From a virus, in the IMG/VR virus record IMGVR_UViG_3300045988_132725: a DNA stretch of 64,000 nucleotides; one strand, given 5' to 3'. The position numbers and the translations under genes were made by a program. Position 1 is the stretch's first letter. Every line of letters starts with the position of its first letter. The notes below the pieces were generated by a model. That model saw only the letters and a program-made list of their open reading frames with translations. It was not told the DNA's origin and searched no databases. Shown here piece by piece: positions 9,094-19,608 of the stretch.

Positions 9094-9540
9094 TTATGTC
9101 CTAGGATCGATTCCTCCCGGATTAAGATCGAATTCCTTAGAAAGATCCGTGTCATCTTGTTTTGCTTCCATACCATCCTCAGAGAAGATACACTTCTGTA
9201 AGGTGGTTGTCACTGTTCGTCCGTCATCTGGATGTGCGAAATGAACGATCAAATCAAACTCTCCAAGTCCCATCAACGTACCATCCGGAGAAGCTTCTTG
9301 GAACATTACCTGCGTGGCGTAATCAAGCTCGATGGAGGCTGTGTATGTCCAATTGCCGTAACCTCGTGAGATTGGTTGGGAACCGATACCATAGTTGCTT
9401 TCTACTTTTCTTTTCCTTTCCCATTTTACGGCCTTGATTCCATAGATCGCCTCGGACGATGAGGCGAACCCGAAATTGACCTCGATCATGGACCAATCAT
9501 AAGCACGGCCATTAATAAGTGTCGTAGTACTATCTGCCAT
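9094..9540 (-). CDS. tail tube protein
   Basis: 148-aa ORF immediately downstream of the sheath-sized gene, the classic sheath-tube order. Confidence 0.65.
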   Translation of the reverse strand: MADSTTTLINGRAYDWSMIEVNFGFASSSEAIYGIKAVKWERKRKVESNYGIGSQPISRGYGNWTYTASIELDYATQVMFQEASPDGTLMGLGEFDLIVHFAHPDDGRTVTTTLQKCIFSEDGMEAKQDDTDLSKEFDLNPGGIDPRT

Positions 9541-9551
9541 ATGTGTTGTTT

Positions 9552-10835
9552 TTAAGCGTTAGTTAAAGCGAATCCTTCCTCTACGATGATCTTTGATGTC
9601 ACGCCTACTGGAACGATTGCGTATGTTATCTTTAATGTATCGGTCAATAGAATGTTTTGGTTTGAAGAGACCAATACGCTATATCCGGAGATCTCGCTAT
9701 TACCTTCCATCGTGCTTAGGATGTTCTTGACAACATTTTGGTATTTCTTGATCTCGATCTCAGCCAGATATCCGGTTTTAGGATTAACCAGTACAGGTGA
9801 GTTCAAATAGGGAAGGAGGGCGTTTCTAATCGCACGCCTTGATTTATCGATGGCTCTGTTTCTGGCGATGGTCCTATAATCACCATTGGAGCAAGTCCTG
9901 TCTTTTGAGAAATAAGTACCATTTGCTCTTCCTGCGTATTTGATAGGGAAGACATATCCTTTTTCCTCAATCTCGTCAATTTGTGCTGGAGCCAATGCCT
10001 CGAATTGCAACATGCTGACAAAATCCTCTCCAGTGTCGTTAAGTTCTATATTACCGAACCCGAACTCGATCTCGCTCATATGTTTGGAAGTCAGGTTGAA
10101 TTGGTTTACCCAAGCGATAGACTCACACACCTTTGCTTCCGCTACACAACCCAAGGCCACGCCTACGCAACCGATAGAAGAGTGCTTTGGGTTCTCGATT
10201 TGCATTTGTCTTAATAGCTCGGATTTACCTTGCCCTAACAATGCTGTCACACGTGGAAAATCTCCTATGCAAGATGGGATCTTTACCAAATCAATGGTCT
10301 TGATAGATCCCGTGGAATCTGCGGATGTGGAGTTAGCTGTTAATAATACTGATAACGGACGGTGCTCGTTAGCTAGCTCTTCGGCGATCGTATTGATATC
10401 GGCCACTAGATTTAGCGAATAATCATCTTCTGAGCTGGATGCTACAGACCAAATGTTTTGTGATGTCCAGATTCCTAGCTGCTTAATATCTCCTTTAGCT
10501 ACAGACTGGATGGTCTTGATTGCGTTCCAGTTCTTTGAGCAATCGGCGAACATTACATATAATGACCCATCCGGTTTCATGCGGAAAAACTCTGAGATAT
10601 GAAAATAAGGGATACCATAGAGAAAGTTTGATTTATCTTTTTCAAATTCAGTAATACCTAATGTCACAGCCTCGTTAACGGAGAACAACTGGATAACGTC
10701 CCCGATTTTTACGTTAGAGGGCATCTGCGTATCGGTTGGGATGTCAAAGATCAATCCGCTGATATGATCGTTACCAACAGAGGTTGGTGTGAGATTGCCG
10801 TCTTTTCTGATGAAAGATACTGTTCCTATTGCCAT
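9552..10835 (-). CDS. contractile tail sheath protein
   Basis: 427-aa ORF preceding the tube gene. Called from size and position; no catalytic motif is expected. Confidence 0.65.
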   Translation of the reverse strand: MAIGTVSFIRKDGNLTPTSVGNDHISGLIFDIPTDTQMPSNVKIGDVIQLFSVNEAVTLGITEFEKDKSNFLYGIPYFHISEFFRMKPDGSLYVMFADCSKNWNAIKTIQSVAKGDIKQLGIWTSQNIWSVASSSEDDYSLNLVADINTIAEELANEHRPLSVLLTANSTSADSTGSIKTIDLVKIPSCIGDFPRVTALLGQGKSELLRQMQIENPKHSSIGCVGVALGCVAEAKVCESIAWVNQFNLTSKHMSEIEFGFGNIELNDTGEDFVSMLQFEALAPAQIDEIEEKGYVFPIKYAGRANGTYFSKDRTCSNGDYRTIARNRAIDKSRRAIRNALLPYLNSPVLVNPKTGYLAEIEIKKYQNVVKNILSTMEGNSEISGYSVLVSSNQNILLTDTLKITYAIVPVGVTSKIIVEEGFALTNA

Positions 10836-10838
10836 GTT

Positions 10839-11132
10839 TTATTTTTTATGATAGGGATTTTGATATAAATGAGCGTTCGGGTACTGGATCGTATAAGCTC
10901 CACCCTTATTATCAATATAAAGTTCCTCGTATCCAGTGTACATTTTCAATATCTTGTTGATATTATCTGGAATGATCTGGGGAGTTGGTTCTTGAAGGGT
11001 CTTTAGGGGAGCGCTCTCTTCCATGCCTTCAATCTTATCGCCAGTCAGTTCAATGATTGGCGCTTCTTCTGTAATTGTGGTTTGCAGAGACTTTTCGGTA
11101 ATCTCTTCCGCTTCTTTCTTGATTCTTGCCAT
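10839..11132 (-). CDS. hypothetical structural-module protein (97 aa)
   Basis: Co-oriented ORF between capsid and sheath genes. Confidence 0.5.
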   Translation of the reverse strand: MARIKKEAEEITEKSLQTTITEEAPIIELTGDKIEGMEESAPLKTLQEPTPQIIPDNINKILKMYTGYEELYIDNKGGAYTIQYPNAHLYQNPYHKK

Positions 11133-11205
11133 TTTAATATTATGTATATAAAAAAAGGAGCGAGACTTGGCCTCGCCCCTTATCGGTTTTGGTTATTGTT
11201 TGGTC

Positions 11206-12234
11206 TTATGCTTTGGCGGTCAGTTTATACGCTGTCCAAACTACGATCTCTGCCGGACGTACGATATTAACATCCATCTTCATTCTCATCTGGAAGAAGT
11301 ATAGCTCAGAGTTGGCTTGTAAACGATCGATCTTCAATACCTCCGTATCATTGGCATAATCAACGCCCATCCATAAGTTAGAGTCCATTCCGGTACTGAA
11401 ATTACCAAGAACGATAGTGCTCTCCGGAATGCCTACGATAGGAACGATTCTCTTACCCTTGAACATATATTTGTTGACTTGGGTATTGTCGTTGTACTTG
11501 TATTGTTTGGATGTTACGTATTGATCATACAAGTCCCAAGAGGCCCAGTCCATGATGTAAACCAGATTGTTCTTTCTGATCTGGTAAGGACATTTCTGCC
11601 ACATCGTGTACATGGCAGATTCGATCTTCTCGCCAGTATCCAATTCTGTATTACCAGCCAATACCGCAGTTTCTCCATTGATACTTTCCTTTAGGTTGGC
11701 CAAGATACGATAGATAGCTCCATCGAAATACTTATAGGAACCCGCTCCCAGATCAACGCCGTTTGTCGGTTTTGTCAACGTATCCGTGATAGCCGCAGTT
11801 CCACCCTTTACGGATTGCCAAATAGCGTCCCCGATAAAGGCGTTCTTCTTGTCCATCAACAATCGTAACATCGTTGCCTGTACTTTCGGGTCAAGCTCAC
11901 GGAATACTAAATTACCATCCGGTTGAGCGAACATCCAGTATTTCTCGAAGTCACGAGGATTGAACTCTAGATAAACCATGAAATCCTTCGGTTCCAAATA
12001 ACGTTCACGGAACGTGTATGTTCCTTTGGAATCTGTCGGGCTTGTTGGGGTTGGTTTGTTATCTTGGATGATCTCACCTAAACTTACGGAAGGAAGGGTG
12101 TATTTGTATTGGATACCACTCTTGATATGGATCAAACCCTCCTTATAGGTATCATTGCCTTGGGCGGTATAGGTCAGCAGGTCCTCTAGGACTTCACCTG
12201 CGTATGAGTTTTGTGCAAAAGTTACACTTGCCAT
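11206..12234 (-). CDS. major capsid protein
   Basis: 342-aa ORF directly after the protease/scaffold gene. Called from size and position. Confidence 0.7.
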   Translation of the reverse strand: MASVTFAQNSYAGEVLEDLLTYTAQGNDTYKEGLIHIKSGIQYKYTLPSVSLGEIIQDNKPTPTSPTDSKGTYTFRERYLEPKDFMVYLEFNPRDFEKYWMFAQPDGNLVFRELDPKVQATMLRLLMDKKNAFIGDAIWQSVKGGTAAITDTLTKPTNGVDLGAGSYKYFDGAIYRILANLKESINGETAVLAGNTELDTGEKIESAMYTMWQKCPYQIRKNNLVYIMDWASWDLYDQYVTSKQYKYNDNTQVNKYMFKGKRIVPIVGIPESTIVLGNFSTGMDSNLWMGVDYANDTEVLKIDRLQANSELYFFQMRMKMDVNIVRPAEIVVWTAYKLTAKA

Positions 12235-12265
12235 AAATTAATTATTAAGGTTTTAGTTATTGTTT

Positions 12266-13618
12266 TTACTTAAGTGACCCAAAAGTGAAGTCCTTGCCAA
12301 CGACAGCCTCTACCTGTTCGGCCATTTTAGCCTCTACCGTATGGACACTATCTTTCACTTTTTCCACATTATCCTTGTCGTTTTCAATCTCTGTGGAGAT
12401 CTTATCTCTGGCTGGGATAGAATCCAACGTTGCCTTAGCCAAATCAAAATTCTTCATCGCCATGTCCATCCAGTTCTGTTTAGCTGAATCCTCGATCTTA
12501 CCGGCTTGAATAGCGTCTTGGACCATAGATGCGATTTTCTGGTTCATAACCTCTTTCTCAGCATCCTTGTAAGTTTTCAATTCTGCTTTAACATTTTCTA
12601 GCTCTTTAGTCAGGTTCTGGTTCTTGGTGATCTCTCCCTCTTTCTCGATTTTCAAGGAATCGATAGTCTTGTTAGCCTCCGTTAATTTATTCTCGACACC
12701 AACCAATTCCGTGATTCGTGCCATGACTTGTGAGACCTCTGTTTTTTCCTTGAAACCAAGAGAAGCGACAACAGCACCAAAATTGAAATCAATAGTCTTG
12801 TTTTCTTCCATGTTATTTGTCTTGGTTTTATTTTCTACTTCCGTAGGTTCTTGTTTGTTTTTATTAAGATTAGAGATACTATCATCTAAAGGTTTATTTA
12901 CCTTATTTAGAGTGTCATTAAGCGATAGCTCATTGCAAACAGAGGTGATTGTGTTCTGGAGGATATGGCTGTCTGTAATGCCCTCTATTGCGTTCTTGAC
13001 TTTCTCTATTTTCTGTTTTGAGGTCTTTATCACGTTCTCCGCTGGGATGATGCCCGCCTTAACCGCATCTTCAGCCGTGAAGAACGTACCATCGGAATCT
13101 TCCTTGCCAGACATGATCTCCTTTACCTTGGTCTTGTTGAACCCCCATCTCTTCATGTAGATCATCTCGATCTGTTGCCGGAAGGCTTTCACGTAATCAG
13201 GTTCCTCGGTTTTGGCCTTTGTCTTGCATCCGTCTTCGGTGTTGCACTTATCGTCTTGATCGGAAGCAGTATTGAAAGGGTTGTGGACCATTAGGATCGC
13301 ATAATCCCTCATTAGAGATTTGTCTCCTGCGGCCCAGATAATAGAACCCATAGAGGCGGCTAGACCCTCGTTTATACATTCCGTGGGAATCGATGAGTTT
13401 CTGATCACTGAGAACATACTCATACCATACAAAACAGAACCACCTTCACTATTAATGAGGATCCTGATCTTGCTTGGTTTTATGTAGCTCTCTATCCATA
13501 AGAACTCTGAGTTGAATGCGTTGGCACTATACTCGTTTACGGCATCAAAGAATCGAATGTCGCAAACTTCATTGGTTTTGGCTTCTCCAACGACATATTT
13601 GAATTTTGTCGTATCCAT
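12266..13618 (-). CDS. ClpP-family prohead serine protease fused to coiled-coil scaffold
   Basis: The N-terminus matches ClpP/S14 (ILINSEGGSVLYGMSMFSVIRNS...EGLAASMGSIIWAAGDK...MVHNP). The C-terminal 250 aa are Lys/Glu-rich coiled coil. Confidence 0.85.
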   Translation of the reverse strand: MDTTKFKYVVGEAKTNEVCDIRFFDAVNEYSANAFNSEFLWIESYIKPSKIRILINSEGGSVLYGMSMFSVIRNSSIPTECINEGLAASMGSIIWAAGDKSLMRDYAILMVHNPFNTASDQDDKCNTEDGCKTKAKTEEPDYVKAFRQQIEMIYMKRWGFNKTKVKEIMSGKEDSDGTFFTAEDAVKAGIIPAENVIKTSKQKIEKVKNAIEGITDSHILQNTITSVCNELSLNDTLNKVNKPLDDSISNLNKNKQEPTEVENKTKTNNMEENKTIDFNFGAVVASLGFKEKTEVSQVMARITELVGVENKLTEANKTIDSLKIEKEGEITKNQNLTKELENVKAELKTYKDAEKEVMNQKIASMVQDAIQAGKIEDSAKQNWMDMAMKNFDLAKATLDSIPARDKISTEIENDKDNVEKVKDSVHTVEAKMAEQVEAVVGKDFTFGSLK

Positions 13619-13711
13619 CGTAAGTTGTTTTGGTTTAGTTTATTAAGATTAGCTGAAACTACGCTTGTTAGTTTTATGTCTCTTTAAACGTGGACTTTTG
13701 GATTTCAAAGA

Positions 13712-16084
13712 TCATGAAAGTACACGATTATAATTCCTATAGGTTACTTTAGAACTTGTATTTACAGGAAGCTCTATCACTAGTTCAATTGTGTATATAT
13801 CAATTTGAGTATTATTATTACCTGCTAATGAAGTATGGGTGGTGGTAAATATAAATGTTTCTCCAAAATTTATACCACTGGTAAACCTATAGAACCCCAG
13901 TCCTTCAAACACATATAAAATAATGTTTCGTTTGTTTTCAAAGGCCGTTTTGATTTCATTATATCTAGCTTCTGTTATAGTAAATGTTTGTTCTCCGGTT
14001 CCTCCAGAGATATCCAAATAATCAATAATATAATCAGAGCTGACAGGCTTATAGCTTCCGTTATCCATCAATGCTTTAGATCCATCACCGTTGGTTTTTA
14101 AAGTTAAGCCGCATGAGGTTGGATTATTTCCATCCGACACTACAGAAGAGATCGATAACCCATTACTGCCTCCGGCTATCGTGCTTGCGTATGCGATCAT
14201 GCTACATGCTTTTGTAGTCGCATCCACGGACATACCTACTAAATATTGAGGATATTGAGGTAATATACCGTTGATGAGCATATCAACGCTACTTGTTGTT
14301 CTTGTTATGACACCTTTGTCATAGCACATTCCTATACCTTCATTTATAAATTCTTCGGTTACGGAAAAGAAATAAGTTTTATCTATCTCTGGGGTAGCCG
14401 CAACCAATATATCCCATTCCGCTTGCGTGACCGTTCCCCCTTCACCTGCGTCTCCAATTCTTTTAAATATATCGCTAACCCCCGGTTTTAACATCGTATT
14501 CACCGTGCTCCAATTACCTTTTCCATCAAGGAATTTCGTAGCGTCATCTGGTAGGACATTAACAATACCATTTTGCGTTGTTGAGACTTTTGGTAAAAAG
14601 CGATAGGTTCCGTCATTCGCTAAAAACATATCACTAGATCCATCTGTGGAAATAACACCGTTATCAGCGCTGCAAGCGAGCGTATATTTTGTATCTTGTT
14701 TTTGAATTTCTATAATAATATCTTTGGCATCTGAGTGTAATGAACCAAATATACATTGGGCAAATTCTGGGCCGTAACACAGCCCGTATACGCAATCTGC
14801 GGTTATATATACTCCGATATCCGCTTGGCTGTATTTTACCTTTATGCTTTCATTGTTTTTTATGGCATTCCAAATATCATTGAATTGAGTTTCTGTTATG
14901 GTTTCTGGAGTTGTGCCCCCTACCATGTCGATATATTCTATCAATAAGCATTCTTTCTCCGGTGTATATCCCAAGGCTGATGTGATATTGCTTTTAGTTA
15001 TGGAGATGGTGCCAGAGCTATTCGTTATGTTAGCACCTGTCTTAACACCACCCAGTATTGACCCTGTGGCTGTTGGTAGCGTATAAGTCGTATCCTTATA
15101 ATAAGGGACACCTCCAATAATAGGACAAGTAGTATAACCTGAAACGTTGGTGACAGAAGAACCATTTTTTACCAAACCAGTGCTTCCATTAGCGCCAACC
15201 ACGCTATATGTGGTGTTGTTATCCGCTCCCCATACAGCCGTACCATCTGAACCCCATCGAAGGATCTGACCGGATGCTCCACCTGCTGGGATATGTTTGT
15301 TTCCTGATGTTGTGGGATGAATGTAATTGTTCGCCCCTGTCGCTATGCCATCTAATTTATTCTTATCTGAGGCTGTCATTAGTCCAGACTTAGAACCATT
15401 TGCTCCATTAATATAAAATGAGCTGTTGCTGGTTGCCCCACTACTGGAATTTATTTGATGTATGAGAAATTTAATCTTATCCTCTTCATATTCTATTGAT
15501 GGAGTTTGATCTATAACCCAACCGATTCTTGATAGTTTGTCTTTTTCGATTGTAGTATAATCATTAGCGCTTAACCCTTTTCCGGATACCTTATCAACTT
15601 TGTTTCCTAACGCTGTGTTTATAACCTTACTTTGCACAGGATTCGTACTTGTCGAGCTTAATGAGCTATCAACGGTTATTGGGGACGGGATTTCGGGCAG
15701 CTGGGATAACGGAATCTTGCCGCTAACAAGATCTGCCTTTGTAGCTAACGCACCATCAACATAAGCCTTGTTGACATCGACAGTAGGGATAGTAGGTTTA
15801 TTGGATAAGTCATTATAACTACCTGTTTTTGCGACATTGGATAATCCTGTTATCTCTGACGCTGAATAAGATGGCTTTGTGGCATTTTTTGCCCATGCGC
15901 TAACATCCGATGCTGGACGTGAGTCGCTTAATCTAGGATCATCTTTTTTGACATATGTTCCATCATGAGTATGAGATACTATTTCGCCAGTAAGAACATT
16001 CTCAATGGTTTCTTTTGTTATCTCATTGCTTGATAATATTTTAATTTGCGTATTACTGATTACTTTATTCCCTTGTTTTATCAT
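13712..16084 (-). CDS. fibre / receptor-binding-like structural protein (790 aa)
   Basis: Ser/Thr/Gly/Asn-rich. Has the repeated fibre motif GKGLSANDYTTIEKDKLS / LMTASDKNKLDGI. Confidence 0.65.
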   Translation of the reverse strand: MIKQGNKVISNTQIKILSSNEITKETIENVLTGEIVSHTHDGTYVKKDDPRLSDSRPASDVSAWAKNATKPSYSASEITGLSNVAKTGSYNDLSNKPTIPTVDVNKAYVDGALATKADLVSGKIPLSQLPEIPSPITVDSSLSSTSTNPVQSKVINTALGNKVDKVSGKGLSANDYTTIEKDKLSRIGWVIDQTPSIEYEEDKIKFLIHQINSSSGATSNSSFYINGANGSKSGLMTASDKNKLDGIATGANNYIHPTTSGNKHIPAGGASGQILRWGSDGTAVWGADNNTTYSVVGANGSTGLVKNGSSVTNVSGYTTCPIIGGVPYYKDTTYTLPTATGSILGGVKTGANITNSSGTISITKSNITSALGYTPEKECLLIEYIDMVGGTTPETITETQFNDIWNAIKNNESIKVKYSQADIGVYITADCVYGLCYGPEFAQCIFGSLHSDAKDIIIEIQKQDTKYTLACSADNGVISTDGSSDMFLANDGTYRFLPKVSTTQNGIVNVLPDDATKFLDGKGNWSTVNTMLKPGVSDIFKRIGDAGEGGTVTQAEWDILVAATPEIDKTYFFSVTEEFINEGIGMCYDKGVITRTTSSVDMLINGILPQYPQYLVGMSVDATTKACSMIAYASTIAGGSNGLSISSVVSDGNNPTSCGLTLKTNGDGSKALMDNGSYKPVSSDYIIDYLDISGGTGEQTFTITEARYNEIKTAFENKRNIILYVFEGLGFYRFTSGINFGETFIFTTTHTSLAGNNNTQIDIYTIELVIELPVNTSSKVTYRNYNRVLS

Positions 16085-16770
16085 AAGGCTTGGTTTATTT
16101 TTGTATCTCCTATAAAAATTTGATTGATAACTTGCTCTCCAACGAATCCGATCGGTAACATTAATTCAAGAACTATACACCCCGGAGATGGAGAGGTTGG
16201 GGCGCTACCTCCAGAGCCTGCGCTTGCTTTTCCATAAGACGTGGTATATTCACATGAAAAGATAGCGTTAGGGGGCGTACTATTAGGAACTCTTCCTCCA
16301 GATGGAGCTTTCGGGTCGTGCCAGTTATGTATAACCATTATAGCACCTTCAGCTTTATTGGCTCTACCGGTTCCTCCTGTGCCTCCATCTCCATTACCTC
16401 CAAAAGCGCTTGCATTCGTACCATTTTCCCCGTTTCCTCCATTGTAGGCTTTGAGCGTAAACTTATTCGATGAGACTTTTGCTCCATACGTACCGTCATC
16501 GTTCGTGTATTCAAGTTTAATGTTATCCGAATATTTTATCGAAGATGATACGCATAAAACTCCTCCGTTCGCTCCTGCACCTCCAGCTCCTCCTTTATAT
16601 AAACCCCACCCATTTCCGGCGTTTCCTCCCATTCCTCCTTTTCCTATACACCATATATTTACGGAATACGATGCGGATGGTATGTTGGGTAACATCTGGA
16701 ATAGATCTCCCAACGTACCTGAATATATGACAGAGGAACTATCATCGATAGGGTGTATACTTTTTCTCAT
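16081..16770 (-). CDS. glycine-rich fibre-associated protein
   Basis: 229 aa with GGMGGNAGNGWGLYKGGAGGAGANGG and GGNGDGGTGGTG runs. Overlaps its neighbours by 4 nt. Confidence 0.55.
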   Translation of the reverse strand: MRKSIHPIDDSSSVIYSGTLGDLFQMLPNIPSASYSVNIWCIGKGGMGGNAGNGWGLYKGGAGGAGANGGVLCVSSSIKYSDNIKLEYTNDDGTYGAKVSSNKFTLKAYNGGNGENGTNASAFGGNGDGGTGGTGRANKAEGAIMVIHNWHDPKAPSGGRVPNSTPPNAIFSCEYTTSYGKASAGSGGSAPTSPSPGCIVLELMLPIGFVGEQVINQIFIGDTKINQAL

Positions 16771-16771
16771 A

Positions 16772-17968
16772 TCAATCCTTTATTAAATATATAGTGTTAG
16801 TGTCATGAGGAATTATTGAACCATATTCTTCTATTGTTCCGATCCAAATATTGAATCCGGAGAATGGGTTCACGTCCGTGATAAAACAAATCCAGCTAGG
16901 ATCGATTTCTCCCGTGCTAAACTGGGTATCGTATTCCGATTGAGTGCCAACCCAGTCATATACCCGATTTGTGGACGAGATAGTATTTTTGTTCGTTGTT
17001 CCTGTCACGGCCCATTTAGATTGAGACTTATCGATACTGGTTTGATCTATATCTTGTTCCAAAATGACATTTGGTTTGTTTAATATTTGGGCACTACCTG
17101 CTATGGCGTTCCAATCAGCGTTGACATTAACCTCTGCGTTTGCGGCAATGCTACTTAACTTGTTTTTTTCCTCATTAGTGTAGTCATTCGTGGATAATCC
17201 CTTACCAACCTCTTTGGGAACATATTTGTTATCATTCTGTTCCGTTGTACTATATGCGGATAAATCGATAGCGGTATTTCCTATCAGCTCATATTTATCA
17301 TCGATCCATATATATTCATTGTGAAAATCAGTGTTTCTTCCATCGCTTTTAGGAACCAAGTAAATGATGCCCTTTTGACCAATTGAGGGTAGGGTAGAGA
17401 CAACCGATATGTCAAATCCTACTATTTTACCAATTTGCTCATTGGTGTATTGTTTCGAGGCGTTTAGCGTGTCCGATATTTGTTGCCGTAAGACACTGTC
17501 ATCAAAAATGGTATCGGTAAATTTAGCGTTGGATGGAACATCGGAATTTACAGTATGTCCATTAACGGTGCTAGAATTTCCACCGTCCGCTGGCAAGGAT
17601 GAAGGGAAATCAGATATTTGGCTCTTGGTGTGGGTGTGGGCATCTGGCGTGAACTTCGAGGGTTTATTCTTAATGTAATCTTTGGCCGATGTGTTTGTTT
17701 GATTCCAGTCTGGTTGAACTTGGGTAATGGAGGCGATAAAATCTTCTTCTGTACCAGAGTTTCCTTGATCTAACCAAGACTGATAAGTGGATTTGGACAT
17801 CAATGCCCAAGACTCACCTTCGGATGGGACTTCGTTGGTATTGTTATTGATTAAGCTGGCCCAAGAACCGCCGTTATAAGAAACAACGTCTTTTTGTTCG
17901 TATGTGGTGAAGGAGTTCCATTCCCCCTTATTAATATAGGCGATCCTACCTAAATCTATAATTGGCAT
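16772..17968 (-). CDS. fibre-like structural protein (398 aa)
   Basis: Shares the GKGLSTNDYTNEEKNKLS motif with the 790-aa protein. Confidence 0.6.
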   Translation of the reverse strand: MPIIDLGRIAYINKGEWNSFTTYEQKDVVSYNGGSWASLINNNTNEVPSEGESWALMSKSTYQSWLDQGNSGTEEDFIASITQVQPDWNQTNTSAKDYIKNKPSKFTPDAHTHTKSQISDFPSSLPADGGNSSTVNGHTVNSDVPSNAKFTDTIFDDSVLRQQISDTLNASKQYTNEQIGKIVGFDISVVSTLPSIGQKGIIYLVPKSDGRNTDFHNEYIWIDDKYELIGNTAIDLSAYSTTEQNDNKYVPKEVGKGLSTNDYTNEEKNKLSSIAANAEVNVNADWNAIAGSAQILNKPNVILEQDIDQTSIDKSQSKWAVTGTTNKNTISSTNRVYDWVGTQSEYDTQFSTGEIDPSWICFITDVNPFSGFNIWIGTIEEYGSIIPHDTNTIYLIKD

Positions 17969-17985
17969 GTTATCGTATTTTTGAA

Positions 17986-19608
17986 TTAATTATCTGGAAT
18001 ATTGATTATTAGATGACCATCGCTGTTAATCATTAAATTCTCAAAGAAATAACGTCCAGTGTTAACCGCCATCGTCTCCTTTTGCTCCGGTGTCAAGTCC
18101 TCCCAAGTATAAGGATCTCCCTTTTGCCCTTCCAAACGACCATGATCCTGCCAGCCACTCTCTCCATCAGATCCTTTACCCCAGAAATAATAGTTGTATG
18201 GTTTTTGGGTTCCAACAGCGCAACATCCGTTTATATCGGATCCGTCCGGTATGGCGGTGCTTAGGTCATCAAGCGTGTCATATGTGGCATGTATATTGAA
18301 AGAGGTTCCAGACTTACCTTTAGGGACAGATATATTGATCGCATAAATCGGGTTACCGCTACTGTCAACGCCGGATTCTGAAAGAGATACATTGGCTGGC
18401 ACGTCCGGTTCCGAGGAGACAACATTACCTATGATAAATTGAGGTGTCTTTCCAGAGAAACCCCTCATACCGGACATGTCCACCAGATAATCGAAACCTT
18501 CTGACGTGCGCACATAAAGTTTTCCTGTATCCTCAACCTCTACGTCCCCATTGATAACCACGAACTTACCTTCTGGCACGTTGTCCTTGTTATTGTTCAT
18601 CTCAGGGATAGAGGGAAACGTCCTAAATATATTGAACGCTTCTGGTCGTAGACATATATCCAGCTTGTTATAGGATTGAGTGGAACGATCCCATTGATAC
18701 ACGTAAAAATCGGTCCCTACATAGTTTGGATGGTTCGCCACGTCAAGGGCCAAATCCTTGGCTGTGTTGGTCTCATTGACAATCTGGGAGTACTCGGATT
18801 TTCTGTCAGATTCAGCTTGGGCACGTAATGTTTCCGCATTTATTCTGGAGGTTTCCTCGTTAACTCTCGCTTGCTCTCTCTGGACCCTTTGAGTCTCCGA
18901 TTGTTCCCGTTGTTGCTCGGCTATCTTCCTTGATTCCTCGTTGCTTATACGTATAGTCTCTTGCCGCTTACGTTCAGTCTCGCTGCTCAACCTGTCTTGC
19001 TCGGACATATCTCGTTTCGCCTCCTCATCACTAATTAAGTTATTTAATGCTTCAATATTATTTAACGCATTATTTACCAGATTTATAACAGTCTCGCATT
19101 GGGCAGCGGCATCTATGGCTGGTTTTTGAAGGAGGGCTATCTCTTGCTCAGTAAAATCTGAGAAATGGAACTTGATCTCGTTTTTCTGCTCCTCGGTTAA
19201 TTTATCGTAGCTGAGGGAAATATCCTTCGTGGGGACCAATAACTTGTATGCGGAATCCGGCTCCCTGTTATATTTAGCCTCTATACCTTCAGTGGTATAC
19301 CTTAATATCGGATAGTCGCCGCTAACAACTCCACAATCGAAAGTAAGCCCATTCGAGAAAGAGATTATAAGGTGTTGGTTATTGATCTCGATGTGGGTAA
19401 TGGAGCTATAGACTTTTGCCTCATCTATAAAACCATCTGTCGCATTGACGATATTTTCCGCACTCACTTGATAATCGGTTTCTGTATGGTTAATGTTAGA
19501 GACTGACATCAATCTTATCTTGGGTGACTGAACGATGGAATACCATTCGCCCTTATTGGGGATTTGATCAATTGAATGCCAGACCTTATTTGTTGAAGGT
19601 TTACTCAT
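17986..19608 (-). CDS. fibre/baseplate-like structural protein with central E/R/Q coiled coil (540 aa)
   Basis: Long ER-rich heptad region (SEQDRLSSETERKRQETIRISNEESRKIAEQQREQSETQRVQREQARVNEE...). Confidence 0.5.
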   Translation of the reverse strand: MSKPSTNKVWHSIDQIPNKGEWYSIVQSPKIRLMSVSNINHTETDYQVSAENIVNATDGFIDEAKVYSSITHIEINNQHLIISFSNGLTFDCGVVSGDYPILRYTTEGIEAKYNREPDSAYKLLVPTKDISLSYDKLTEEQKNEIKFHFSDFTEQEIALLQKPAIDAAAQCETVINLVNNALNNIEALNNLISDEEAKRDMSEQDRLSSETERKRQETIRISNEESRKIAEQQREQSETQRVQREQARVNEETSRINAETLRAQAESDRKSEYSQIVNETNTAKDLALDVANHPNYVGTDFYVYQWDRSTQSYNKLDICLRPEAFNIFRTFPSIPEMNNNKDNVPEGKFVVINGDVEVEDTGKLYVRTSEGFDYLVDMSGMRGFSGKTPQFIIGNVVSSEPDVPANVSLSESGVDSSGNPIYAINISVPKGKSGTSFNIHATYDTLDDLSTAIPDGSDINGCCAVGTQKPYNYYFWGKGSDGESGWQDHGRLEGQKGDPYTWEDLTPEQKETMAVNTGRYFFENLMINSDGHLIINIPDN